From Lama guanicoe (lineage: Eukaryota), in NCBI GenBank assembly GCA_013239625.1, contig MU053629.1:2879567-2943566 (forward strand): a stretch of 64,000 nucleotides of DNA, given 5' to 3'. Positions 1 to 15,029 of this stretch are shown piece by piece. The translations under genes were made by a program, and so were the position numbers. The notes under the pieces were generated by a model that did no database searches, was not told the origin of the DNA, and saw only the letters and a list, made by a program, of their open reading frames with translations. The stretch's first letter is position 1; each line of letters starts with the position of its first letter.

Positions 1-871
1 GAAAAGTGTATCAATACACTTACAATATTTCCTATAAAAAGTCCTATTTCAATAGAATCTAGTTTTTTGAATAGTTTCTCTAATTCATGTCACAATCTTG
101 TTCTAACAACATAGTTCTTATAAAACACTTTACATCTTAAAATAAAATGTCCAAATCTAAGACACGGCTTAAAAATAAATATTTTTCATGGTCCCTTAGA
201 GACATGTTCAAAAACGCTAGCTGCAATCCACTAGTGGGTTATGAAATCTTTTAATGGCTCATAACCAGCATTTAAAAAATACAGCAAACAGAAAAAACTA
301 TACAATGTCAGAGTGCATTACACATAAGGATAAGTATTGCTTCATGAACTCTGTTTTCAGTTTTATGTATAGAGTACATGTACAATGTGTTAGGCTAGAA
401 TGGAAAATAAATTTCTTACTGGATCGTAAGTCAAAGTTTGAAAGCTCCTGCTTCAGAGAGCTTTTTCTTGGCAAGGAAAATACTCGTCAATTCACCAAGA
501 AAAAGGACAAATTTGTCCCTTTCTCTGATCCATTCATACACTAATTTGGCCATCTGTTCTTGCGGACTCCCTAGCCAGTCCTATGTTCTTCCAGCAACTC
601 TCATTAAGGTGTGATATTTTAATTTTGCTACCGACATTACCAAGACCAGCTTCTAGATGAACAATTGGCAAGGAGAGTTGAAGGACCTGGGGCACTGAAC
701 CACAATGCAGTTGTTTTTACTAGAATTCATTATGGTGGGATACAGCCTGAATATTCTAAATAATTACTGCTAGGATCCAGTCTTCAGCACTTCAGAATCT
801 ACCGTTCAGAATTAAGAATCTGTGCACTTAACTAATTGGTAGTTCAATCTCATAACACTGCAATTGACCTA

Positions 872-1081
<210 letters not shown>

Positions 1082-1093
1082 TTACTCTGAAAG

Positions 1094-1345
1094 GCAGCTG
1101 TTGTATAGCGGCGAACTCTGGAGCCAAATGGACTGAGTTCAAATCTGGATTCCATCACTTACTAGCAGACTGACCTCAGGCAAATCACCCTGTCACATTT
1201 GACTGCTGTGTCCCACTTGCAAATGAGAATAAGAACCTACCTTATATGACTGCTATGAAGATTCAATGAGTTACTTCACATAAAGTACTTAAAACAGAGC
1301 CTAAACCATAGCATGTGTTCCATAAATGTTAGGTATTATTTTCCC
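1094..1345 (+). mobile_element. MIR SINE
   Basis: GAGTTCAAATCTGGATTCCATCACTTACTAGC...TGACCTCAGGCAAATCAC core. Confidence 0.75.
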
Positions 1346-1839
1346 ATTTGGTTAAAATCATGGGAAAAAGAATACATGTAAGGGTCATGGTGACTTACAA
1401 CTCTCCTACACAGAGAAGCACATCTTTAGACCTCGAAGGGGTCTTTACCGATCATGTGATTCAACATTCCTCCCCTCTCCCCTTCCTCCCATTCAAGCAG
1501 AGCAGATCAGTTTTCATCTGTTTTACACTTAGGTTTCCAGCAAACAGTTGAAGGGAACTTTTGCTTTAAAAAAACAAAAATAAAAACAAAAAACCCCACA
1601 AAGCCATGATTACATAAGATTTCGCAGCATGGGGAAATGTTTATAATATACTTGAATTTTAAAAAGCATATTACTAAATGATATGCATGTTGTGATTCCA
1701 TTTATAAAAATGTTATACAAATATATACTTTTTAAAGTGTTGGAAAATAAAACAAAATGTGGTTCTCTCCAAATAGTGAGACTATGGACAAGCTTTTTTA
1801 AAAAAATGCTTTATATTTTACAAAATCTTAAGTGTACTA

Positions 1840-2400
1840 TTTATTTTTAAAAATGCATATACTTGTATAACCACACCCTATCCAGACACAGAATATTTCC
1901 AACACCCCAGAATGTTTTCTCATCCCCCTTCCCAGGCAAGGTCCATGCCCACCCCAGAAGCAACCATTGATGTGACTTCTATCACTGGATGTTAATAGTT
2001 TTGCATATTCTAGAATTTCATAGAAGTGAAATCATACAGTATACACTTTGTGGTTTGTTGCTGAGTGATGTTCTACCATAGTTCTTTTACCTGTTCATCT
2101 GTTAATGGATATCTGGGCAGCTTCTAGTGTTTGGCTATTACGAATAAAAATGCTATGATCATTTTTGTGTAAGAATCTTTGTGGATGCATGTTTTCAGTT
2201 CTGTTGAATAAAGACCTAGGAGTGGAATGGCTGGGTAGTACGCTTAGGGTGCACTTAAATTTGTAAGAAACTGCCACACAGTTTTCCAAAGTATTTGTAT
2301 TAGTTTATACTCTTACTAGCAATGTATGAAAATTCCTCTCCAACATTTGGTCTTCTAAGGGATGTGCAGTAGGATCTCACAGCGATTTTAATTTTATAGG
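1840..2400 (-). mobile_element. Old L1M 3' fragment
   Basis: Typical antisense L1 3' text (CCTAGGAGTGGAATGGCTGGG...AAACTGCCACACAGTTTTCCAAAG). Confidence 0.75.
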
Positions 2401-2469
2401 CGAGTTTCAATGTATTATCTTTCTTATCTGTATTTTCTATATATTGCCTGAAACAAATGCGCAATATAA

Positions 2470-2785
2470 ACGAACATCCCCTTGTCCAAATATTTTGAGT
2501 CTAGAAGTATTTAGAACTCAGAATGTGGAGGATTTTTCATATACTGTACATCTAACCACATAATTTGCCACGTCTCCAGCAGGGTAATGAAATACCTGTA
2601 ATCAAATACACCAGTTTTCCCGCAGCAAACTTATGAATAGGTACGCTAAGAAGGATTAAGGTTATAAATAGCCTCAGGTCAGTTCAGGTCAGGTTTTGCC
2701 ACCAAATGAGTTTTTAGCACCAGCCTAATGAAAACTAAGTTCAGTTGTCAGAGTTTCTTGAATTTGGGAATTAATGAGATAGCCA
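2470..2785 (-). mobile_element. MER46C-like Tigger DNA-transposon fossil
   Basis: AAATAGCCTCAGGTCAGTTCAGGTCAGGTTTTGCCACCAAATGAGTTTT matches the recalled consensus. Confidence 0.7.
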
Positions 2786-3169
2786 AAACAGTGCTCAGTT
2801 TTCTTGGACCTTTGAACTACTCCAAAGCTATACCTTCCACACTGTTTTGTATTTTGTTCTCCTTTAGATGTGAGAATAGGTCCCACTCATTCGTATCTCC
2901 CTATCACTTATTCAGACCTCAATTACTAAGATTTATTAGATGAATAAGTGGTATCAACCTTGTTCTCCCAATAAGATATGTCATTTGAGTATCAGCTGGG
3001 ATTATGTTACTTTTAAATTCCTCTATCATGCTGGGAAGAGAATAAATATATGCACATGTGATTGACTAAACCCATTCAAAGAGAACCTGCACGTGGAACC
3101 TGCTGTGAATAAGAGGAGTAAGAGTGATGATGCATACTCTCTGCCTTCCTATCTAAACAAACATTAAGT

Positions 3170-3370
3170 AGCAGTTGCTTTGCAAAACACTTCACAAATA
3201 TTAAGTCTCAATAACAACCTTATGATATCATGCTACTAATTAACCTTTTTAGAGATGTGGAAGCAAAGAGCTAGGTTAAGTAACACTCAGAGTAACAGAG
3301 CTCAAGTGGTAGATGTGGGCCTCAAGCCCCGATACCCCAGTTCCAGACTGCATTTCTAACCACTACACTA
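3170..3370 (-). mobile_element. MIR SINE
   Basis: Antisense MIR core (AGGTTAAGTAAC). Confidence 0.6.
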
Positions 3371-5281
3371 GTCCTGGAAATAATAAATACACCAGATACC
3401 CACATGTACAGAAAAGAAGAAAAACACTGCTATAGCATCCTGCAAGATTTCAGGGTTTCTACTTTAATTTGTGCCAATCTTCACAATAATCCTGTGTGGA
3501 AAACAATTCTACAGAAGATTAAAAAACATACAAACTGAAAAAAGAAAAAGCCCTAATTCTAACAGTTACTGTCAAAGCTTTGCAGTCTCAGCCTTTAAAG
3601 TAACTAGCTCATAGTGAGAGTTTAATGTTTGTTGAAAGCATGAACAAATGGCTAGGATTCCCAACCCAGATTTACCACTACCAACCTAACCTGTCTACTG
3701 CCAGTGGTAGCTGTTCTGATTCCCTGACTACAAATGGAGACTCATTAAACACCAAAACACGTACTTTTTACTCAGAATTTTCCCTATTCCACCCCCTTTT
3801 CCTATCCTATGCTCTAGTTTCAGGCTATAAAGCCTGGAAAATTGCAACAGTCAAGCTTTGGTGTCCCTGTCTGTAGACTTGAACTTCTCATATATAAATT
3901 GCACAAAATATCCAGAACAATTTCTCTATGACTCTGACCACACCACTCAACTGCTAAAAACATTTCAGTGAATCCCCGTATCATGATAAAGGCCATGTTC
4001 ATTTACATAAGGTACAGTCTATCCCTGTCCTGGCTCTTCTTATCTGCCAGCTTTATCTTTCCTCACATCTTGACTCATACCTCATGCTTTAGGACCAGAA
4101 GACTGCTTCTAATTCCTCACACACCGTGGTGGTGCCTTCTGCATCAAGCCCTTTCTCATGGAGTTCCCCCTGCTTGCTGTGTACTGGCTAATGTACAGTC
4201 ACCACTTAAGATCAGTTTAAGTGTCATCTCTACAGTGAAGCCTTTCCTGACATTTACTGCCTACCTCACTGGTGTTCTCATAACACCCTACTTTTTCTTC
4301 TTATCATCCTGTTTTGTTATTTGTTTATAATTTCCTTGAGGGCCAGGACTATATCTTTTTCAATTCGGTACCTTTAGTTTCTGCCCGAGTGCCTGGCACA
4401 TAGGAACTGGATCTATCTTTGTTGACTGTTCAAATAGTTAGAACAGATTTCTTGAATCCTAATTCAGTGCTCTATCAATGTAAAAAGTTCAGGAAGAGGT
4501 GGCTTCTATAACACTGATTATCCTAATGAAAAAGTGTTTACTGTCAATACACTATCATAATCTAAAATAATTTATTAAGATGCCCAATAAACCAGTTTTG
4601 TGGAACATTAGCTTATGCAAAAGTTGAACAAATAAATTTCTAGAGTGACTGTCCTTCATTATGCAGCTTCATCTTAAGGTCTATCTCATATGTTAAAAAA
4701 AAAAAAAAAGCAATACACTATTTCCCATCTTTCATTTGTATGAAAGCTTTAGAGGAAAACATCCGTATATTTTCTGTGCTTTCAGTAGTGTGTAGCATTA
4801 TTATAGTTCAATAAAAATTAAATGTTTCCACAATACACATAGTTCTACAAAGTTTTATTTTTCCTATTATGACAAAATAACCAAGTAGGCTCTCCAAAAA
4901 GGGGAGATAAATTTTTAGGTAGTTCTTACAATGTGTATTAGGTTTTTCTGTTTGTTTTCTTAAAAACAACATTAACTTTTTTAATTAAAATTTTATTCTA
5001 ATCAGAACAGTTGGGGAAATTCTGGCAGTCTTATTAGGCTAAAAGAATAATCATGTCACAGGTGCTACTGTTGTAAACTGAACATTAAAACAAGGCAGCA
5101 TTATATAGGTGGTACATACCAGTTATCCTCTGTACTTTTGCTTTTTTTAATTTTAAAGATTTCAATTTAAAATATAAAGATCACCCAGTATGCTTCAATT
5201 TCAAAATGTAGCAAAAGCAAATTACATTTTAAAAATACTTTTCAGAAATGCAGATTTGAAGAACTTGAAAACCTGAATTAC

Positions 5282-5450
5282 CATTGTGTACATAGGTGAG
5301 CCTCCTTTCTTCTCTCGTTACAATGTTGGATATCCAAATATCATTGCTATGTATAAAAGCGATCCAGTCTGGATCAGCCGGGCATAATTTTGGATCCATC
5401 CGAATGTTGGGACAACTAGTCTCCACTAAATTGGGCCGTAAGGGTTGTTG
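5282..5450 (-). CDS. DPP8: DPP8 coding exon 4: QQPLRPNLVETSCPNIRMDPKLCPADPDWIAFIHSNDIWISNIVTREERRLTYVHN
   Basis: 169 nt, ttttctag| acceptor and |gtaatt donor; beta-propeller region of DPP8. Confidence 0.97.
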
Positions 5451-5542
5451 CTAGAAAAGTAAACAACATTTAAAGGCAAGTATCAGGCTGATACATACAT
5501 ACTTGTTTGCCAGCACCCTTCCTATAAAATGAATACTAATTC

Positions 5543-5696
5543 TGGTGGGGAGGGCATAGCTCAGTGGTAGAGTGCGTGCCTAGCATGCATGAGGTCCTGG
5601 GTTTAATCCTCAGTACCTCCATTAAAAAGATAAATAAAACTTAAAAAACCTTATTACCTCCCCCACAAAATAAAACAAATAAAAATTTTTCAAAAC
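5543..5696 (+). mobile_element. tRNA-derived SINE (camelid Vic-1-like)
   Basis: A box TAGCTCAGTGG, B-box-like GGTTTAATCC, A-rich tail; perfect 14-nt TSD ATGAATACTAATTC at 5529 and 5697. Confidence 0.9.
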
Positions 5697-6355
5697 ATGA
5701 ATACTAATTCCAAGTAAAATATCAACTATGATAATTGGTCCCCAGCAAAACACACTTTCATATGCCTTAACTTATAAAGGACTCATTTTTTTTTACTATG
5801 AATTAATAAGTGAGGAAATAGAGACAATATTAGTGCACTTTACAAATTTTGTTGCCCAAGCTTATTAAGAGTAATTGTTATTTGTTATGTATTTTATTAA
5901 ACTTATTTACTGACTATTTTATTTATTACATATTTCCAATTAATTTTACTAGTATAAAACAGTTTGCTCAAAAAAATACAATGAAAACCAGAATCATCAC
6001 AATTCTATAGGAGGACTAGTTCTAATATTACATAAAAAATTGCCTGGAATAAAACCAAACATGTAAAACTGCTTATTATGATGAATTAAACTTTTAGGGG
6101 AAACAAAAAGGAATTGCCTTGTGATTTCATTATCTTCCAAAACACCCCTCAGTACTTACTCAGAAAACGGGCACTGATGTCCTTTATTATCTCTGTCTAC
6201 ATAGAAACTGGTTTTAGCATTTTAAAAATCGTATACGAATGTCACTGAAAAAATTATTAACTCTTAAAACTGGAAATTAATACTCGTATTTATTGTTTTC
6301 TTTACTACTAAATTAGCAGTAAACAATTGTTGGGTAAACATAATTTTTTGGTTTA

Positions 6356-6604
<249 letters not shown>

Positions 6605-6884
6605 CTAATGTAGAAGGAAGGAAAAGTTTCCTGTTCCAGTCTTCTGAGAGCTGGCTTTTTGCTTTTAGCACTGAAATCCTAGCATCTCTAATACGATTGA
6701 GTTTACATTTTGAGTGATCCCCAAATTTGCCAGCAACTCTAAGTAGATTAATTGTAGGAAGTCTGCCGAAAGATTTCTTGGTAAAGGGTCCCTAGATGAT
6801 TACTGTATACATCAGAGAACAAGAATTAAGTATTGTCACCTTGGCTTGGCATTCAAGATCTTCAACAACTTAAATGGTAATTAA

Positions 6885-7130
6885 GCAGTTTTCATGCAGT
6901 TAGGAGCACAGGCTTTGAAGTCAAGTGATTTGAATCTAGGCTTTGACCATTTCTAGAAGTCTGACTTTGGGCAAGTAGCTTAACTTCTTCAAAAGTAATT
7001 TTCCTAACTTTCAAAATAGTATTAAATCACCTACCTCAGCTTTGTGAAGATTAACTTAGAAAAAAACATGTAAAATGTTCGGCACATCGATTGGCACAGA
7101 GCGAAGCTCTCAAATGTCAGCGGTCGTTAG
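6885..7130 (+). mobile_element. MIR SINE
   Basis: TGACTTTGGGCAAGTAGCTTAACTTC core. Confidence 0.7.
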
Positions 7131-7749
7131 TACCTTTCCACTACGCCTACTGATGCTCCTGTTATAAAACCTTGGGTCAGGCTGGTCACATCACTGATGT
7201 AAAACCCAGTATGTGGTGTTCTGCCTCCTGGCCTTTGTTCCATTTTCTCCCCTTGAAAGGCCATTTTTCTTTCTATCCATCCGAGTTTTACTAATGTTCC
7301 AAAACCTTAGACCTAATTCAACCTTGGCCAGGGAAGTTTCCTATGGTGATCTCTTCTCAGAAATTTGTATCTAAGAGTTACTGCCTCTTTTACTCACTTG
7401 GCTATGGCTTTGTTTTGCACTTTTCTCAGTATCTCTGACTAGAAATAGATTTAAAAAACAACAACAACAACCTGAGAGCAGAATCTGTGTCATTTTGTTT
7501 CATACCTATAGCATCAGTTAAAATCGCTCTCAAGGAATATTTGTAATTAATGACTGACAACGAGGAGAGACTTTCCTAAGCTAAAAATATCATTTGATAC
7601 ATGTATAAATTTTAAAAAGGAATATAAAGAAAACAAATCTAGTAAGTGCTAGCTTAAAAAATTTACATCCACATCTTCCCTCACTAATAGCTCTTTATGA
7701 TAAATGAAGGGTTAAATAAGGTAATGATAAATAAGGGAAACTATATAGT

Positions 7750-10440
7750 ATACTTTTAAATAACTCATGGATTAAAGGGAAATAGAAAGTATTTTGAACT
7801 AAATGAAAATGAAAACTCAACATACCAAAACGTATGTGCTGTAATTAATGTGGTACCTAAAGGTAAATTTGTAACACCAAGTGCCTATGTAAGAAAAAAA
7901 GGAAGGTCTCAAACTAGTGACCTCAGCTACCGCCTTTTGAAATAAGAAAAAAGACCAAAAAGGAGCGGAATAAAGGAAATAATAAAGTTCAGAGTATAAA
8001 ACAATGAAATAGAAAAAAGAAAATGACAGAAAAATAAATGAAACCAAACTGATAAACCCTTAGCCAGACAGATCAGAAAAAAAGGGGGGTAAGTGGAGAA
8101 GACACAAATTACACAAAATATCAGGAATAACAGAGGGATATCACCAAAGATTCTTCAGACATTAAAAAGCTTAGGAAATATTAAGAACTTTATGCCAATT
8201 CAATTACTTAGATGAAATGGAAACATTCCCAAACAGATACAAACAACCAAAGCTTCCTCAAAAAGAAATAACATAACTTCAATAGCACTATATCTAACGA
8301 AGAAACTGAATTTGTAGTTAAAAATTTTTCCACAAGGAAAACTACAGGTCCAGATAGCTTCACTACCAAACAAATTCTTCTAGAAAATTAGAAAGAAGGA
8401 AGTAACTCCAAACTTATTCTGTGGCTCACTTAACACTGTTACCAAAATCAGATAAAGACATGACAAGAACTCTACTGACCAATATCCCTCACGAACATGA
8501 ACATTAAAAAAAATCTAAAAAAAATTTTAGCATATTGAATCCAACAATATTTAAAAGAATAATAAATTATAACCTAGTGGGCTTTTACCAGGAATGCAGG
8601 TTGATTTAACATTCAACAATCATGTGATATTTTACCATATTAACAAATTAAAAAAGAAAAATCCTATGATCTTTTTTCAAGACACATAAAAAATTTGACA
8701 AAATTCTGATTAAAAACCCTAAGCAAATTAGAAATAGAAGGGAACTTCCTCAGCCTAAGAAAGGTCATTTATGAGAAACTTACAGCTAACAGACTTACTG
8801 GTAAAGGACTGACTGAGTCCTCTTAAGATCAGGAAGAAGACTAGAGCATCTGCTGTCATGACTTCTATTCAGCATCGTACTGGAAGAGTTTGCCAGTACA
8901 ATGAGGCAAGAAAAAGAGACAAAAGGCAAGTATATTGGAAAGGATGAAGTCAGACTGTCAGTGTTTGCAGACAATATGACCGTTTGTATGGAAAAACCCA
9001 ATGGAAGCTATTAAAAAACCTAGTGGAATTAATAAACGAGTTTAAGCAAGGTTGCAGGATATAAGATCAATATACAAAACCAACTGTATTTCTAAATACT
9101 AGCAATGAACACCAACCAGAAGCTGAAATTAGAAAACAAAACCATTTACAATAGAATAAAAAATATGAAATACTGAAGAGAGAAATCTTGTGAGAGAGTG
9201 TGCAAGACTGGTTTGATTGCTGCCTGGAGGTGGGTGGGTAGCGGGGAATGAATAAGGGTACAAGGAAACTCTGGGGGGTAATGACTGAGGTCATGATTTC
9301 ACAGATAAATGTGTATGTCCAAATCTGTTAAATTGTACACTTTAATGTTTGCAATTTATTATACGTCAATTGTATCTCAATAAAGCTTTAAAAAATGAAA
9401 CCACAAAAAGCACTAGAAGAAAACATGGGTAAATTGTTTTATAAGTTGGGTGTAGGAAAACTGTCCTAAGACAGAAGACACAAATTCTAGAAGCAATACC
9501 AAAAAAGGCTGATAAATTTTATTACACAAAAATCTTTCAAGTGGTACTCACATACACCACAAAGAAAGTAAAAACACAAATGACAACCTTGGGAAAATAT
9601 TTGCAAACTATATCACAGACAAAGGGTTAATTTCTCCAGTATATAAAAGACTCCTAAAAATGAAGAAAAAGACCAATCACCCCACAGAAAGATGCATTAG
9701 AGATATCAATAAACAATTTACAGAGAAAGAAATGCAAATAGCCTTTAACTATATAAAAAGATGATCAACTTTGCCTATAGCAGAAATGCAAATTAAACTA
9801 AACTGGGATACCATTTCCATCTATCAGATTGGCAAAAAATCCAAATGTGTGACCACATACTGTGTTGAAGAGTCTGTGGGAAAACACACACACTTATACT
9901 AATCTTCTTTGTATCGTTCCAGTTTTAGTGTATGTGCTGCTGAGGCAAGCATGAAAGGAGATTCTTATGCAGGATAAATGAGTAAAGACCTAGAAACAAC
10001 TACCAACCCAGTAATAATGAGCATCTCTAGTACGCAGATCATGATATCTTAATACCAATTCCCTGTACAGGAACCAGGGCCCCTTAGAGAAATGGCTGAT
10101 TCCAAGCGCGGGATAAGTCATGTGAAAGATCGTCATGAAACATCTTCATTGTACCAGAGAGCAAGAGAGCTATCAACTAGTACCACGGTCATGTCAAAAG
10201 GATTTGACATGTCGAGTTGAAGGGGCTTCCATCAACCAAAATTAAGACAGTTCGTACATTAAGAATAACTGTCAATGGATCAAAATAATCAGAGAAGTGC
10301 CGGTAGCGACTATGAGGGGGAACTGGCAAGGCTACAGTGAAACACTAATGGCCAAGATTTGATAATTGTTGAAACTTGTTTACATGTGATTCTATTTCTG
10401 TATGGTTTGAAATTTTCCATAATAAAAGCTTAAAAAAAAT
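7750..10440 (+). mobile_element. Cluster of old L1 (L1M-type) ORF2 and 3' UTR fragments
   Basis: A-rich plus strand with decayed ORF2 motifs (CCAGATAGCTTCACT, CCAATATCCCTCACGAACAT, TTTGCAGACAATATGAC). Confidence 0.8.
9899..9952 (-). pseudogene. 3'-truncated U6 snRNA retrocopy (first 54 nt)
   Basis: Reverse complement matches the recalled U6 5' end at 47/54 nt, all differences transitions; ACAGAGA box changed to ACAAAGA. Confidence 0.9.
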
Positions 10441-11238
10441 TTGACTCACTAATTTGCAAACTATACCATAAGAAAACTGCCATTATTTCAGTTCAACACA
10501 CTGTTCTTAGAATAAAGAATTTTTGTTTTAAAGAAAAGTCACAAGTCTATGTAAAAAACATCCACGATTTTGACGGTCACAGTCAAAATGATTAGTTGTC
10601 ATGGAAGTTACTTTTTTTTAATTAGGACAAATATCACATTTTAGTTCATTTAGCCCAAACATGCTGTTCAGTAGTACTCAATGTAAAAATAATAAATGAG
10701 AACCAAAAAAGCAAACAATCACACCCAAACTGTCATCTTGTTCTTGGGATGTTTTCAATTATTTACATTTTGTCTAAAGACAAAATATTGAAGAAGAAAC
10801 AAAAAAAACCCTAACTTTTAATTTTACATAAATTGAATTATACTATTTAGAAACAAAAACAGAACTTTGTATCTTTATTTAACCCTTATGTTAGTGCTGT
10901 TACTAAATATTAGAACTACAAATCCAATTTAAAGATTTAAATAAAAAGCTTCCTGAAAATATATTACTTCTTTTATGTGAATAACTACAAAATGTGAGAA
11001 CTACATAACTAGCAAGTTTGTAAAAGGGAAAGGCGGTTCAACAGGAAGAAGGCAGTTTTCAAAAAAAAATCTGAATTGTAATATCTCTTAGCTTCAGATA
11101 TTGACAACTAAATGAAATTTAAGGGTCATACATGCAAAATCATTAAAATGTTTTAATTCCTTTTGACTCATATCTGCTTTAAATATAAAACCCCAACTGA
11201 ATTTCTGCCTCTAAATAAATGAAACATCTAAAAACTTA

Positions 11239-11400
<162 letters not shown>

Positions 11401-13069
11401 TCACTTTGTTATTTTTTAAAACTAGCAATCTATTACAACCATAGCAGTAAGTACATAACACCTTCTATATGCTGCAAAATTTTGCACTCTATAGGACTTA
11501 ACAATGAATGTTAACAAAGAGATGCACACGCCACATACCATGGTAATTTTCTTCAATAAAACCCAGGCTTCACAGAAAAATCCTAAGATTTCCTTTTAAT
11601 ATTCAAATTTTAGTCCCTCTCAAAACATAAAAGTGTAAAAAATGATGTAGTGACAAGTGTCATTTTTAGTTTTTTTTTGAAAATTATGTCTTATAAGTTG
11701 GCAATAGACTCATTAGATTCCAAATGGGGGTGCTTTATGACAACTTCAGATTATTAAACTGCTTCTTTTTCTGAATCATTTAAAGTACCTATTTAGAAAT
11801 ATACACAGGTCTAATCGAATTTATAACTGAACTAAAAATGTTCTATAACTGTAATCACTAATACATTTCAAATGAAAGTATACTCATATTAAAACAACAC
11901 AATCTGATGATACTTGATTTGCTAAAAGTATCTTTATCCTTTATTGTTAGGAATTGTGAAAGAGAGAGATCTATGCTACGTAGAAGATAGGTCTATTCTG
12001 TGAAATCATACAATAATTGAATGGGAAGATCACAGCAGTGGAGAATGAACTACATACGAGAAAAAAGAAGTAAGAAAAATACAGCATGGTTATCAAGATG
12101 TGAACCAAAGAAAACCCTTCAACCCTAAAAGGTACCAGAAAGGTATCACTTCCAAAAAAGCTAGGGGACAGTGAAGGAAGGAGAAAATAAGTCACACAGG
12201 AAGGACAAAACCTGTCTTGAGAGGAACAAATCCTCAGCCTAGTGGTCCTGATAATGGCCGTGAAAGTAGTCTGTGGAAGGGCATGGTTAATTTCCATCCT
12301 AATCCCTGCAAAAGTTGGGGATGAGCTCCCACACATCCACAGCTTCTTTATCCCTTTATTTTCCTAAACATTTCTTAAGGATTTTTTAGTTTTTGTTGGC
12401 TTTTCGGGTAAAAAGTTAGGTATCAACTGACATTTACTTCAGTACTTGATTTTGCCTTAAATCTATTTTGTATGTTCCAGGGTAACTTTGTTACAGAATT
12501 CTTAAGACTGTAGTCACCTACCAATATCATTAATGATTTTACAAAATGTGATCACAGCCTCCTTAAGCCTTCTCCTTCTAAGAGCCTTCAGCCTGCAAAT
12601 ATGAAAAAGCTGGTTCTCTTCTAGCCTCAAATGAGAGCCATTCCCCACAATCACTTCAGCTGCCCCTCTTGAAACTGCTCCCTGCTCCATAATGCCTTCC
12701 TTGGCTTCAACCATTATCAGTAAGAATTCCCAAGGCAGTCTACGAACACACACCCCAGTTCTGCATAAAAACAAAACGGGCTTTTCTCATTGTTTCTTTC
12801 CTGATGACACACAGGTATTTACTGGTGTCCGAGGTCCATTAAAAATTTTGAAACAATGGATTCATATGGAAAAAATTTTAAAATTCAGACAGGTAGAAAA
12901 GACTTGAGCAAATGAAATGGCATACAACTTTCTTGAAAAGCTCAACATTTTAAAGACTGACAATTTTCCCTACCTTCATCTATAGATATAACATAATCCT
13001 AAAACAGTATAAATAGGATTGGGAGTAAAGAGCTTTACGAGTTACTTTTTACATTCTCACAGGAAAACA

Positions 13070-14290
13070 AGCAAACAAAAATACTCCAGAGAAGTATGAA
13101 AAAGAGTGATGAAGGGTGACTAGTACTATCAAGCAGTAAAACATCTAAAGCTATGATAATAATAATAGTAACAACATAGTATTAGCACTTGATTTGACAG
13201 ATCAACGGAACAAAACAAAGTCCAAATTATATAAAGATTTTAAAAAACACAATGAAGTATGTAAAGATTGCAAAACATATAATTTGGAGTTGAGAAAGCC
13301 TTTCAAGATATGATGCAAAACTACATAAAAGGAAAAATTTAACTAGCAAAAACAAAAAATCACAAATTTCTACATGGCAAATGCACTAAAGGCAAAAGTC
13401 AAATTAAATTTCAGGGGAAAATACTACAATGGGTTAATTCCCTTATTGTACAAAAAAATGCTTTAGGTCAAAAAGAAGAGCACGCCCAACCCAATAAAAA
13501 AACAGACAATGGTTACAAACAGATCAGTCATAGAAAAGGAAATACAAGTGTCTTGTAAATATGTGAGATGCTCAACCTCGCTCATAAGAGAAATACAAAT
13601 TAAAACTACAATGAAATATGGGGATTAATGTACAGCATGAATGACTATAATTAACAATACTGTACTGCATATTTGAAAGTCGCTAAGAAAATAAATCTTA
13701 AAAGTTCTCATCAGAGAAAAACTTTTTTTATTAACTGTGTGTGGTGACAGATGTTAACTGGATTTACTGCGGTGATCATTTAACAATGTGTACGAATACT
13801 GAACCATTGAGTTGCACACATGAAACTAATATAATGTTAAATGTCAACTATACCTCAATTTAAAAAAATAATAATTTTTTAAAAAGTACAAAGATGGACT
13901 AATGTTCACCAATCAGACTGAGAAAGAGAAAGGTTGATTACTCACTATTGGTTCAAGGGTGGAGAAACAGATACCCTGAGACAACGCTGATAGGGATGTA
14001 AACTCTATAGTCTCATTGGAGGGGGAACTTGACAGTATCAACAATATCATTATCAGAATAGACACACCTTTTGACTCAGTAATTCCACTCTTTGGAATTA
14101 CTCTTAGAAGTAAAGTCACACACAGACGAAACGATCTAGAAGTGAGATTCTCTGTCTCTTGTTTTGTAATAACAAAACAGAAAAACCTAAATGCCCATTA
14201 TTAGAGGCCTAGTTAAGTAAAATATGGCACAATTACATAATGGAATATTCTGGAGTTGCTAGAAAATGAACCTATAATTACTGATGTAGA
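13070..14290 (+). mobile_element. Old L1M fragment with a nested younger L1 3' end (about 13620-13870)
   Basis: Decayed ORF2 text interrupted by an L1MA-like 3' UTR ending TACCTCAATTTAAAAAAA. Confidence 0.7.
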
Positions 14291-14970
14291 CTTACGAAGA
14301 GAATATCTCTTTAAAAAAAAAAACACATGAAACAGCTTTGGAGGAGGGGAGGAAACCTATTTTTAAAAACTTAATAAAGGCACTTTAGAAGGTCAGTGCC
14401 CTCATACACGCCTCTGGCTACTCAGCCCTTCCTTCCCCATCCAAGCCCCAGCCATGGGATTCCAGTCGGGACACAGTTCCTCCAGGGTTCCCATCCCTCT
14501 CACATCCTTTTCTTCCTCACTCTACCAACCAGACATTCATTCCCTTCAGGCTCCGAGTTAGGAAAATAAAATAGCCTGACTACAGGAAGGAAGCTCTAAG
14601 ATTTATGGGCTTATGATTCTACTTCAACTACTGTATGTGGAGAGAAACTCCCTTCTTTAAGCAGGTTTAATAGCAACATAAGCATTTCATGAAAGAGTTG
14701 TTTACAGATAAGAATTATGGATGGTACGGCTATAATTTTAAAACATTATACTAAATATAAGGTTTTCCCCCCTAATTATGCTCAAACTCTCTTCCAACCA
14801 CTGCCTGAATTAACAATTATGGATGGGCTTCCCTTTCCTTTCTTTCTTTTTTTTTTCCCCCAAGTGGGGAGGAAAATAAGTAGATGGGCTTTTCCTATAC
14901 CGCTTCTCCAATCCGAGGAAAATTTGATTTTTTTACCTCCTTAAAAGCCTTAACATAAGTTTCTTGAGAA

Positions 14971-15029
14971 ATATATATATATATAAATATATGTGTGTGT
15001 GTGTGTATATATATATATGTATATATATA
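14971..15029. repeat. Compound (TA)n(TG)n(TA)n microsatellite
   Basis: Read directly from the sequence. Confidence 0.95.

Noticed and set aside
200..450. Probable hAT-type MER fossil overlapping a 96-aa ORF
   Set aside because: The ORF looks non-coding and I could not name the repeat family with confidence.
5547..5620. tRNA-like sequence (also at 25228, 46942, 48973, 62039)
   Set aside because: SINE heads with A-rich tails and TSDs, not tRNA genes.
11950..12340. 121-aa minus-strand ORF, and a purine-rich plus-strand stretch after a TTGTTAG acceptor-like site
   Set aside because: No recognisable protein; all plus frames contain stops; the minus ORF starts at a non-ATG codon and its Phe/Ser/Leu richness simply mirrors the purine-rich strand.
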